Shown here piece by piece: positions 19,008 to 28,925 of a stretch of DNA of 61,346 bases. Each line of letters begins with the position of its first letter. Positions within the stretch are counted from its first letter, which is position 1. Below the pieces are notes generated by a model. The model saw only the letters and a program-made list of their open reading frames with translations, had not been told where the DNA came from and did no database searches. The translations under genes were made by a program, and so were the position numbers. Source of the DNA: a virus (lineage: Duplodnaviria; Caudoviricetes); the IMG/VR virus record IMGVR_UViG_3300049629_000715, positions 1-61,346 of that record; one strand, 5' to 3'.

Positions 19008-22000
19008 ATGATTTCATGGGAACCGCCAGAAAAGGACAAAGAATCGAAACTTGAAGATGAGGCTTGGACTCCGCCAGATAAAGATCAAGAATCGACGATT
19101 ACTGCACAAGCAACTTCACAATGGACGCCTCCGGTTAAAGATGATCCAGACGATCTGGCGAACATAAAAGACCCGTTAAAGCTCAATTCGCTTAAACAAT
19201 CTGGTCAGCCGTTAAGCGAGGAGCAGGAAAGAATTGTTTTTGATTGGGAGGATGAAAAGCCAATCTCCCAAAGGGCGAGTGAATTTACCGCAAAAGCGAT
19301 TCCTGCGGCGGCAACGAGCCTCGCAGATATAGCTGTTGGTGGCGCAGAGTTTGGTTACAAAGGCATCTTGATGCCAGCCCAAGACATTCTGACTGGTGGG
19401 CTGTATTATTCGCCGGAAGAAAGAGCAAAAATCTGGCGCGAACAGAATTTATCAACAAGAGCATTGGCTTCTGGAGGCGCGCAAGGTCTTGATGAAGCTA
19501 TCGAAGCGGGAACTCGATTGGCAATTTACGGATCGTCGATTACCGATAAAATTCAAGGTTTGCCAAAAGAACAGCGATTCCGACGATACATGTCTCGGGA
19601 GACGATGCGGAAATTCGCTCAAGCCGCACGGGATGAAACTCCCGATACGCTCGCAAGGCTTGCCGCTGAAAGTCCGTTGATACAAAAGATGGTGACAACC
19701 ATCGTCGGAATGCAGGGAGCCGATCCAGAAGCGCAAAAAGTGGCTGTCGAGGAATACGAAAAATTGGTCAAAGAAAGCGGGTTGACCAAAGAGGAATTAG
19801 AAGAATTCAGGAAAATTGTAAATTTCGGTGATGTCAAAATGCCGACCTCTATTCCCGGAGCAAATACGGTGACTGCGGCTATTTCCAAGCCATTGACAGC
19901 GGCGACACGCAAAGCTGGTGAAGTTACCTTGAAAGGTTTGAATCTCGGAAGCAGGGCGACTGGCTGGACTGCTGGTAAAACGATTAAAGGCGGTGAGTGG
20001 GTTCAGCAAAAATCCAAAGACATCGGGCAGTATGCCGTAAATGATCCAGACACTTTTGTTAAAACAGCAACAAATACGCTGTTGGCTCCCGTCATGCTCG
20101 TTGCGAAGCCGACGAAAAGTGTTGCTGATGTAATAACTGACATCACTCGCCAAGTTGATAAAGGCGGAGCCGCTGGCCGAAAGGGAATGATCCAAAGGGC
20201 AGGAGAAGATATTCGCTCATCTGAATTGACTCGGAAACTTTTCGGGCGCGAAGGCAAAGGTGGCGTTGGTCGCGCTAGAGTTGCTGATTGGGCTATCAGG
20301 CAATCAAACGCAATGATTCAGCCCGGAGTTAGTTCGGGAACATTGAATGTTCTGATGGGATTGCCTGATGCCGAAACTGCGGCGCAAGCAGGACAACAAT
20401 TCGGCACGGGATTTGGCATGGGAGCATACGCCGGAAGCCGTGTTGAATCGCGTGTTGGCGGATTGATTGATCCACGGACAACGATGGCGCAGAAAATATC
20501 GAATCTTGTTACTCCTGACCCAACGCAGTTGCGCCGAGATCAAGACGCCGACATTAAAAGATTCATGGCTTCCGCTTCTCCTGAATTGGTTGGCCAAATG
20601 AAAGATTTGGCAAGTATTGATAAGCGGAAAGTTGCTGTTGATACAAGAATTTCTGAATTGGAAGAAATTCAAGCCAGAATGATCAACGAAGAGGATTCTG
20701 CATTTATTCAAAAACAGATTGATGGCTTAAAAAAACAAAAGGAAGCTCTCGCTAAATCTACGCCGGAAACTCAACGCGAATACGATCGATTGGTTCAACT
20801 AACAACGCTCGACATTATGGATCAGGCAAAATCAGTCGGATTGGCGGCTGGATTGCGCGGATTGAACTTGGTTTTCCTTGATCCAAAAAACGCAGAACAA
20901 TTCTACCGAAATCTGTATGGTCAGAATTTGATTGACGCTGAAAAAGCCATGGCTGTTCTCAAAAACAAGCCATTCATGACGCCTGATGAGGAAAACACCT
21001 TACGGCTGGCTAACGAAACGATGTCTTCGTTTTATCAAGATGTTCAGAATTTGGAAAATAGCCGAGGCATTTCTGTTCGGGAAAGCATCACTGATCCAGA
21101 AAGTCCAGATTTCGTTCCTTCGCATTTGCGCTATTTGAATCAACAAGGCGCAACGGCTGTTATCAATATGGACTTGGTGAAACACCTGACTAATCAGGGA
21201 TTCAATCTTCGCCATACCATGCAACATGAGGTGCAACATGCTTTGGAGAACTTCAAAGAAGTGCAGGACTTGATGGCTCCATTGCGCAAATATCTTTTTG
21301 ATCAAAAAGTAAAAACTCCAGATGGCGGAGTTGAAGTTGTTAGCAATGGCATATTCGACGATGAAAAACTTGACGCTTACGCGATGGTTTATGGCGATAG
21401 GTTTTCCCCGCAAGATGGAGGAGCAAGTTTCGTCGCTCAATTCGGCGGAGACATTGAAAAACAACGGAACTATATCAAACGCGAGATTCTTTCCGAGATT
21501 GCGGCTGTTGCGGGAGAATATCAAAGCGGAAGCAGGGCGGTTCTTGATGATGTCGGAAGAAAGGCTATCGACTGGCTGGAAGTGAAAACCCGTGACGGAT
21601 ACCTGAAGAAACTTAAAGAGGGGTTGCGTAAGGCTGGTGTCGTGTTTGACAAAACAGGCGGGTATTCTGAATTGCTTGACGCGAAACTTACGCCAGAGGT
21701 TCTCGCGGCTGTTCGTGAATATCAGAGGGGCGTTCGTGATATTAACGGAGCATTGACATATAATTCCGATATTGAGGCCGAGGAACCAGACATTCCAATC
21801 ACAAAAATTTTAGGTAATAGGGCATTGCAGGAAAAATATAAGGAAGTCGCCCCATTTGAGCTTGAGCCAGTAGTAAAGGTGACTCAACCAGACGGATCAA
21901 TCTCTGAAATCAAAGTTCCCGAGGGCGCAAATCTTGATTCATTAGTTGGGGTGTATCGCATCAAGGACGGAAAATTCATTGATGAGGACGGGAACGAAAT

Positions 22001-25000
22001 GGTTCTTGCGCCAGAAATCAACATCAGCGCAATGCCTGACGGAACGCAATTTCAAATCAATACCCGCATTGCGAGAAAACCTGATGGTAGCCCGATAACA
22101 ATTAGTAATCGGGAAATGAAACGCAGGGCTGTAGATCGCACGAAAATGATCATCGACGCGGTTAATTCTGCGCCTAAAGACGATTCCCCATATAGAATGA
22201 TTGATATTGGAAATGGGAATTATAGCGGGGCAATGTCGCCAAGCCAAGTTGAGGCATTAAGGAAAATCCCTAATCTTATCCTTTCACCAAACCTGAAACG
22301 CAAAATTGAGTTTCTAAATGACATTTTGCGCCGTGGTGACGGAACTCGCGTTATGATGGAATATCAAGCGTCATTGTTAAACGGAAAGTATCAGGCATTG
22401 TCCCCAAAACTCCGTGATGAGGTTCCTATTGGGTTTAAGATAACAAAAGACGGCAACTTTACGCTGACAACGATGTCTGTAAGCCGGATGCACGATAAAA
22501 TGAACGCATGGGCGTCAAATAAGCCAATGCGATTGCAGGCATGGGGTGGGGATACTGGGAAATTTTGGGATTCACTTATCAAATATCTCGACAACCACGC
22601 GCAAGGCAAACATGGCGAAGAAGGATTAGACCCTGACCCGTATATTGCGCTTCGCAAGAAATATGCAATCAACGATCTTTTCAATGTCTATAATGCAGAG
22701 ACAAAAGCGGCGAACCCTGAAAGAACAACACTTCCACGGCAAAAGGGAAAAGACCCTATAGATATTATCGTCCGATCAAGAAGGCTGGATCGCATCAATG
22801 ATTATAGCGAAATGAGCGCGCAAAAGTTGCCAATGAACTACGGCAAACTTCGGGACAATTACATGCCGGAAATCAATCCGCTTGCGCGTCCGCAATCGCC
22901 AGAAGACATGATGGCAAATCTTGATGGTAGCGTGACGGCAACAAGAATCCGCCAAGCCATCGCCAGCGGCAATGTGGAGCAACTGGAGTCCGAATTGCGG
23001 ATGAGTGATGACTTGCTCCCATTTGAATCATTGTATGTGTCACAGGGCGAAACTGGAGAACCGCAGATTCAGGTTGTATCCATGCTTGATCCGGGAATCG
23101 AGCCAAGCGTAGAGCGTTCTGAAATCCCAACAGACATTGATGCGGAAACAGAAGCTGAAATGGCTCGTTTGGATTCTGAATATGACATGGCAGAAATGGG
23201 CCAACAGGGCCAACAGGGCCAACTGGAACAACAACAGGGTCAACAGGGCCAACTGGAACAACAAAAGGGTCAACAGGATCAACAGGGCCAACAGGTGCCA
23301 ATGGCTCGCGCTGAATTCATTCCTTCTCAAGCTCAATACATGCCTGCTTTTAATTCAGATGAATACGGGTTAGAAGAAGGCCAAGAAGCGGAAAATCGTT
23401 TAACACCAAGAACGCTTTACAACCTTTATTATATCGCAACAGAACCAGAACCAACATCGGAATATGGCCGCGAAATCACAAATCAATACATAAATAAATA
23501 CAAAAACTTGTATGTTGATGTTTTTTCAAATTTAGTTCGCCAACAAATTGAAAAATACATTGGGAGAGGTCGCGTTGATTCCAATGTTACTAAAAAAGCT
23601 CTCGATAAAGCTGACACTCCCGCAATGCTTGATGAATTGATGCGGGGAACTTATCGGAGTGACATGCGGAGACGCAACGATGTTTGGAATACTGTTACCG
23701 AGCATTTGAAAAATCTCTCTGCCGCGACAACAAAGAAAGATAAAATTTTTTATATGGATCGCCTGAATAATTCGATTCATAACACGCAGGAGCTTCTTTT
23801 CAGCAAATTCAGCAATTATAGACAACTGCAAGAAGCATTTGATTCAATTCATAATGCGCGTGACACGCGAGCTTACTCGCAACGAGTCGATAAAGATTTG
23901 CGTGAATTTAACTCTTTCAGAGGAACGCAATACATGCCGCAAGTGCCAGCCGTAAATCAATACGGATTCTACTCTCGCCTTGAGGAAGGTATTCGCAACG
24001 CAAACCAGCAAACATTCTCGCCAGAGCAAGCAAAGGCTCTTGCTTTGAAATCCACAAACAAAGAGGAATTGAAGTGGTCTGGAATTGAAAATGCCATCAA
24101 CAATATCGCAGAAGAAAACAACGGCAAAGTTCCAAAGCAAGCATTGTTAGATTACATGGCAGACGAGGGGAAAGTTCAGTTTGAAGAAACCAATTTAGCA
24201 AAATTCAATCGCTCAGAGGAAATTGCTAAAAAATACGGAATTACTTTAGAAATAACGCAAGAGGAAGTTCTCGCGTGGGATAAAGATAATGAAAGTTTGG
24301 AGTGGGATGAATTCCCAGAAGAACTAAAGCAGGAATTGCTTCGCACTCAAAATATGCAGGAATATAAATATGCTAAATATCAACTTCCCGGAGGGCAAAA
24401 TTATCGTGAAGTTGTCTTGACGATGCCTGAAAAAGAAGCCGGAACAAAACAATACACTTATGATGATATAATTTTAACAAAAGGAAAATCTAATTGGAAG
24501 TTTAAAACAAAAGATGGTGTTGTGAGTGGTTCAATACCCGGAGGGTTATATCCTGAAGAAATTGCTCGTGATTACGCTTTGCAAATGGCGCAAACATCGG
24601 AATCTACACTTAAAAAACCTTCTGGAGAAAAATCAACATATACAAGTTCTCACTTCGCAAACATTCCAAACTATGTAGCGCATATGCGCTTGAATGAACG
24701 CACAGATGCCGAAGGCAACGATGGCTTGTTTATTGAAGAGATCCAGTCTGACAGGCATCAGCAGGGCAGGGAGAAAGGATATGCAGAGGAAAAAGAAGTA
24801 ACAGCAAAATTGGTCCCATTTAAGTACCCAAATGGCTTCATTGAATATTATTATCATATATATGATCCTAAAACAGACAAGCCAATACTTCGAGATAATG
24901 GCGAGCCTGTTACTCTTGCAAAAGGATTTGGCAAACAGCAAAGATCAGAGCAAGATGCAATTAGAATATATAAAGAAAGTGTTGCCAATCTTGTTCCAGA

Positions 25001-28000
25001 CGCACCATTTCGCAAAGATTGGCCACTGCAAATGTTCAAGCGTGCATTGCGTGATGCTGTTGAATCTGGAAAGAAATGGATCGGGTGGACTGATGGAGAA
25101 ACGCAAGCTGATCGGTATGACTTGAGTCAACAAGTAAGTGAAATAATTGCATGGCCTGTCGGAGAAGAAGGCGCATTTAAGTTTGTTGACAATAAAGACG
25201 CCAAAAAAATGTTTGTGACAGTGCGAGGACTTAAAGGAAACACAATTTTTGAACAAGCGGTTGAAAAGGGAAAACTATCTGATCTTGTTGGAAAAGATTT
25301 GGCAAATAAAATGATTTCTCAAATCGGATCAGAATCAGTAACATACTCAGGCCCAAATCTCAAAATCGGCGGCGAAGGCATGAAAGAATTCTACGACACC
25401 ATCCTTCGTAACAAACTTGGCGAGTATGTAGACAAGATGGGTGGGAAAGTTGAGAAGTCTAAAATTCAAACGGGTAAAAAATACGACTTTGAATTATTTA
25501 ACCCTGAAGGAGAACCAAAAGGCGTGTTTGTTCTCCGAGATCGAATGACAGGTAAATTTTTGGCAGATAGTGAAAAAGAAACTTTTTTATCTCGCGCAGA
25601 AGATGGAGAACTAATGTCTCAAAAAGTTGCAGAGTCAATGATTGAGGCATTTTCTAAAGATACTGAAACCCCAATCTGGCGAGTAAACATCACGCCAGAA
25701 ATGCAAAAATCGGTTCGCGCTGGGCAACCGCAATACATGCCATATATCCCATATTCTATGCCGAAAGATCCTCGGCAGATTATGGCGGATTTCTATTTGC
25801 TAACGACTGTTGGCGACATCGCAAAGAGTGCGGGAGAAAACTGGCGCATTGCTTTCGATCCAGAAAGAACAACGATTCAAGGAAAAGCAACTGATCTACA
25901 AAAGCTTCTGACATTGCCAACACGCCAAGGTCTGAACTACGAAAAATACGGACAGAATCTTGAAGACGCAGTTCAGAAACTCACGCAGGGAATGAAGAAG
26001 CACATGCTGGATTCTCTCTTGTTTTCGATTTCGGCAGAACTTCGCCACTATAAAGCAAATCGTCAGCCAGAGGAATTGTTGGATAATCCTTTCATGAAGG
26101 CGTATTCCAAGATTTACGATGCTTACGACGCTGTTGCAGACAAAAATCTTCCTGAATACGCACAAAAATACTTAAAGCCAATGTATCCAGAAACGCCGAG
26201 GGCGAGGATTTCAAAAGGTAGCAGAAAAAGTTATCAGCTTTCAAATGCGGCAGTAAGAAAAGCATTTGAGGAAACAGGAATATCAATTTCAGAATTCGCT
26301 GATATAGCAGAAAAATTATTTCGAGAAGGAAATTGGAATAAACAATTTGGCGGAGAAAATTGGGGGAATATTGCCGCAGGATTGCAAATGGTTGATCAAG
26401 CCAACGATCCTGAATCTCTCATTAAAGCTCTTGATAACGCTTACGATCTTCAACACAATACGGGAGTTGTATTTGATAAAATTCAAAAATATGCTCGCGA
26501 AGGCGGTTATCAATGGTTGCAGGACATGTTGGATTTCAAATATCACGCCGGAAGCCCACGGGAATTTGCGTCTTTGGCAAGTTCTGCGGCGAAACGGATC
26601 ACCGCGCCAGCATTGATTGATATTGGTGATATCGCAATAGATAAACGCCGAGAGAACGCAGTTGCGGTTGCTGGTGAAGATACAATTTCAGATATTGAGG
26701 ATCAGATTCGCCGACTAAAACCGAACAGAGAGAACATATATCAAGACATCAATGTTAAGGCTCCGAAATATACTGGCAAAGACATCAACGAAGAATTGCA
26801 AAAATGGCTCGTAAATACAACGACATCGGGATTCTCGCAGACACCGAATAAATTGAAAAAGCTCGGAGTGAATTCAGATGTCATTCAATATGTAAGATTG
26901 CTTTTAGCGCAAAAGATGGCTCCGAAATGGAATGTTCCGCAAGACATTAAGGAAATGGTGTCAAAATCAGTTGCGAAATCTAAAGCGAAAAATCAAACAG
27001 AAGTAGAATATGGGCCTCCGATTGGAATTCCTGAAAAATCAAATCTTGCAAAAGTTCCCGCGCCAGTAAAGGAAGGGGGAAATATCATTCCTGCTGATAT
27101 TGGTGAATTGAAACAACAGATTCACAAATTGATGCACCTGCACACGGAATCAGATATTGGAACGATGGTTCCGTATAAAGGATTGATGTTTTCTGGAATG
27201 AAGAATATCCCCGCAAATACTTTCACGATTAAAATTTACAAAGACGGAACTAAAATTGATGAAGCAACTTTCAATCTGAAATCGCCTGTCTATGATAATT
27301 CCGTATACGCATATCTTTACTATAATACGCCAGTAAAAGAACAAACAAAAGCAGAAAATCTTGCTGATCTCGCATTGCCTTCTCAAGATATAAAATGGAC
27401 TCCTGTTTATAGCGGAAAAGGAGAATATGTTAATTTTGTGAATGGAGATGAACCAATCTCAACGGATATGACAGCATACTTCGATGGGAAGCCATTATTT
27501 GCTGAATTTATATTAGACGGAGATGCTTTGCATATCAAAACAGAAAAAGGAGACGATTATTCAATTCCTTTTTCACATGAATCAAGCGCAGACGCAAAAT
27601 CTTCTTTCATTCAACAAATGCTTGGAAAATATACAGATATTGTTAGCGATATAAAAGAATACGAAGGAATAGATTTATCTTTCACTCCGCCAAAACCAGC
27701 TTCTTTAGCACAAACAAAAGCCCCATCATCCGAGCCTTCTTTGTCACCAGATTTTAGGCCTGTCGCAATGACGATAGAACAACTGAAACAGTTAATCGTA
27801 AATCCGAAGACAGGAGAAATCTCAACACAACCGCTGAAAATTCTGATTAATACAGAGTTGAATTATTTTCCGGAAGAAAAAAAGAGTGGATTGGCTATAT
27901 GGGGAACGAAATACGCAGAATGGGCAAAGAAAGCTTCTGCCGAGGAACTATGGCCGTCTGTTACCGGAAAGCCATATGAAGATGTTGCATCCCAAAAGTC

Positions 28001-28925
28001 ACAGTCGCTGAAATCCGAGGATCAAGCTATTGCTGACTACAAAGATTACAAAAAATTCAAATACGACCAATGGTATGCCGATCAATCGAAGAAATTAAAA
28101 GAGAAGCTACCTGATGAAGTCGTTAAAACGATATTGGATTTTGCTTGGGTTCAAACTGACACAGGTTCCACTATTCCGACAGTAGAAGAAGTGTTCCAAA
28201 AAGTTAAAAACAAATTAGGCAATCTTCTTTTATCAACGGATGACATAAAACTTTTGAATGAATCTATCGATTCTGCAATCGGAGAAGCGGCAAAAGGAAT
28301 GTTTTCTGTAAATCCAACATCATTAGAGAAAATTCCGAGTTTCATGAATTCGCAAAAAGTAATGGAATTATATGAAGCGGTAAAAGCGGGAATCTCTTGG
28401 GATGACACGGAAGGCGGAGAATCGATTTCTGACAATCTTGAAGAATTAAATCTTTCTGAACTCTCTGATGAGAATATCGAAGAACTCAAGAAATGGTATA
28501 ACTCGGTTCTGGATTACGAGAACGAGAAAAAAGAATTCTACGGGGAATTTAAAGAGGAAACGAACGAGCAGAAAAACGCTGAAACTGATCCGGAGGTTGA
28601 TTATTACAAAAAAGCGTTCAATGAATTCGTAAATTACGACTGGAAAGAATTGTCATCTGGGCCAGAATTTGCGAAAGATTTAGTTGAATATCTATTCGGC
28701 TCCAAAGATTTTGATTTTGCGATGAATAGAACCATTTCAGTTGGGAGAAAATTTTTAGTTCCTTACGCTCCCGGAGGAGACAAAGTTTATATTCTTCACG
28801 GCAAAGATCAGAATATAGATGGTAGCGTGATTTTTGATATGTCGAAAAAGACAAAAGAGCAGACCAAACAAGAGATGATTGATTGGGTTGCGCATTTCAT
28901 CGATTACTACGATCCTAAAATCTGA
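19008..28925 (+). CDS. Giant (3305 aa) polyvalent-type internal virion/ejection protein with HExxH metallopeptidase-like motif
   Basis: Uninterrupted ORF; HEVQH at aa 740; IEEIQSD module; repeated YMP linkers. Confidence 0.75.
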   Translation: MISWEPPEKDKESKLEDEAWTPPDKDQESTITAQATSQWTPPVKDDPDDLANIKDPLKLNSLKQSGQPLSEEQERIVFDWEDEKPISQRASEFTAKAIPAAATSLADIAVGGAEFGYKGILMPAQDILTGGLYYSPEERAKIWREQNLSTRALASGGAQGLDEAIEAGTRLAIYGSSITDKIQGLPKEQRFRRYMSRETMRKFAQAARDETPDTLARLAAESPLIQKMVTTIVGMQGADPEAQKVAVEEYEKLVKESGLTKEELEEFRKIVNFGDVKMPTSIPGANTVTAAISKPLTAATRKAGEVTLKGLNLGSRATGWTAGKTIKGGEWVQQKSKDIGQYAVNDPDTFVKTATNTLLAPVMLVAKPTKSVADVITDITRQVDKGGAAGRKGMIQRAGEDIRSSELTRKLFGREGKGGVGRARVADWAIRQSNAMIQPGVSSGTLNVLMGLPDAETAAQAGQQFGTGFGMGAYAGSRVESRVGGLIDPRTTMAQKISNLVTPDPTQLRRDQDADIKRFMASASPELVGQMKDLASIDKRKVAVDTRISELEEIQARMINEEDSAFIQKQIDGLKKQKEALAKSTPETQREYDRLVQLTTLDIMDQAKSVGLAAGLRGLNLVFLDPKNAEQFYRNLYGQNLIDAEKAMAVLKNKPFMTPDEENTLRLANETMSSFYQDVQNLENSRGISVRESITDPESPDFVPSHLRYLNQQGATAVINMDLVKHLTNQGFNLRHTMQHEVQHALENFKEVQDLMAPLRKYLFDQKVKTPDGGVEVVSNGIFDDEKLDAYAMVYGDRFSPQDGGASFVAQFGGDIEKQRNYIKREILSEIAAVAGEYQSGSRAVLDDVGRKAIDWLEVKTRDGYLKKLKEGLRKAGVVFDKTGGYSELLDAKLTPEVLAAVREYQRGVRDINGALTYNSDIEAEEPDIPITKILGNRALQEKYKEVAPFELEPVVKVTQPDGSISEIKVPEGANLDSLVGVYRIKDGKFIDEDGNEMVLAPEINISAMPDGTQFQINTRIARKPDGSPITISNREMKRRAVDRTKMIIDAVNSAPKDDSPYRMIDIGNGNYSGAMSPSQVEALRKIPNLILSPNLKRKIEFLNDILRRGDGTRVMMEYQASLLNGKYQALSPKLRDEVPIGFKITKDGNFTLTTMSVSRMHDKMNAWASNKPMRLQAWGGDTGKFWDSLIKYLDNHAQGKHGEEGLDPDPYIALRKKYAINDLFNVYNAETKAANPERTTLPRQKGKDPIDIIVRSRRLDRINDYSEMSAQKLPMNYGKLRDNYMPEINPLARPQSPEDMMANLDGSVTATRIRQAIASGNVEQLESELRMSDDLLPFESLYVSQGETGEPQIQVVSMLDPGIEPSVERSEIPTDIDAETEAEMARLDSEYDMAEMGQQGQQGQLEQQQGQQGQLEQQKGQQDQQGQQVPMARAEFIPSQAQYMPAFNSDEYGLEEGQEAENRLTPRTLYNLYYIATEPEPTSEYGREITNQYINKYKNLYVDVFSNLVRQQIEKYIGRGRVDSNVTKKALDKADTPAMLDELMRGTYRSDMRRRNDVWNTVTEHLKNLSAATTKKDKIFYMDRLNNSIHNTQELLFSKFSNYRQLQEAFDSIHNARDTRAYSQRVDKDLREFNSFRGTQYMPQVPAVNQYGFYSRLEEGIRNANQQTFSPEQAKALALKSTNKEELKWSGIENAINNIAEENNGKVPKQALLDYMADEGKVQFEETNLAKFNRSEEIAKKYGITLEITQEEVLAWDKDNESLEWDEFPEELKQELLRTQNMQEYKYAKYQLPGGQNYREVVLTMPEKEAGTKQYTYDDIILTKGKSNWKFKTKDGVVSGSIPGGLYPEEIARDYALQMAQTSESTLKKPSGEKSTYTSSHFANIPNYVAHMRLNERTDAEGNDGLFIEEIQSDRHQQGREKGYAEEKEVTAKLVPFKYPNGFIEYYYHIYDPKTDKPILRDNGEPVTLAKGFGKQQRSEQDAIRIYKESVANLVPDAPFRKDWPLQMFKRALRDAVESGKKWIGWTDGETQADRYDLSQQVSEIIAWPVGEEGAFKFVDNKDAKKMFVTVRGLKGNTIFEQAVEKGKLSDLVGKDLANKMISQIGSESVTYSGPNLKIGGEGMKEFYDTILRNKLGEYVDKMGGKVEKSKIQTGKKYDFELFNPEGEPKGVFVLRDRMTGKFLADSEKETFLSRAEDGELMSQKVAESMIEAFSKDTETPIWRVNITPEMQKSVRAGQPQYMPYIPYSMPKDPRQIMADFYLLTTVGDIAKSAGENWRIAFDPERTTIQGKATDLQKLLTLPTRQGLNYEKYGQNLEDAVQKLTQGMKKHMLDSLLFSISAELRHYKANRQPEELLDNPFMKAYSKIYDAYDAVADKNLPEYAQKYLKPMYPETPRARISKGSRKSYQLSNAAVRKAFEETGISISEFADIAEKLFREGNWNKQFGGENWGNIAAGLQMVDQANDPESLIKALDNAYDLQHNTGVVFDKIQKYAREGGYQWLQDMLDFKYHAGSPREFASLASSAAKRITAPALIDIGDIAIDKRRENAVAVAGEDTISDIEDQIRRLKPNRENIYQDINVKAPKYTGKDINEELQKWLVNTTTSGFSQTPNKLKKLGVNSDVIQYVRLLLAQKMAPKWNVPQDIKEMVSKSVAKSKAKNQTEVEYGPPIGIPEKSNLAKVPAPVKEGGNIIPADIGELKQQIHKLMHLHTESDIGTMVPYKGLMFSGMKNIPANTFTIKIYKDGTKIDEATFNLKSPVYDNSVYAYLYYNTPVKEQTKAENLADLALPSQDIKWTPVYSGKGEYVNFVNGDEPISTDMTAYFDGKPLFAEFILDGDALHIKTEKGDDYSIPFSHESSADAKSSFIQQMLGKYTDIVSDIKEYEGIDLSFTPPKPASLAQTKAPSSEPSLSPDFRPVAMTIEQLKQLIVNPKTGEISTQPLKILINTELNYFPEEKKSGLAIWGTKYAEWAKKASAEELWPSVTGKPYEDVASQKSQSLKSEDQAIADYKDYKKFKYDQWYADQSKKLKEKLPDEVVKTILDFAWVQTDTGSTIPTVEEVFQKVKNKLGNLLLSTDDIKLLNESIDSAIGEAAKGMFSVNPTSLEKIPSFMNSQKVMELYEAVKAGISWDDTEGGESISDNLEELNLSELSDENIEELKKWYNSVLDYENEKKEFYGEFKEETNEQKNAETDPEVDYYKKAFNEFVNYDWKELSSGPEFAKDLVEYLFGSKDFDFAMNRTISVGRKFLVPYAPGGDKVYILHGKDQNIDGSVIFDMSKKTKEQTKQEMIDWVAHFIDYYDPKI
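23197..23296 (+). repeat. Tandem GQQ/QQG low-complexity repeat inside the giant ORF
   Basis: ggccaacag / ggtcaacag units encoding GQQGQQGQLEQQQGQQGQLEQQKGQQDQQGQQ. Confidence 0.9.
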
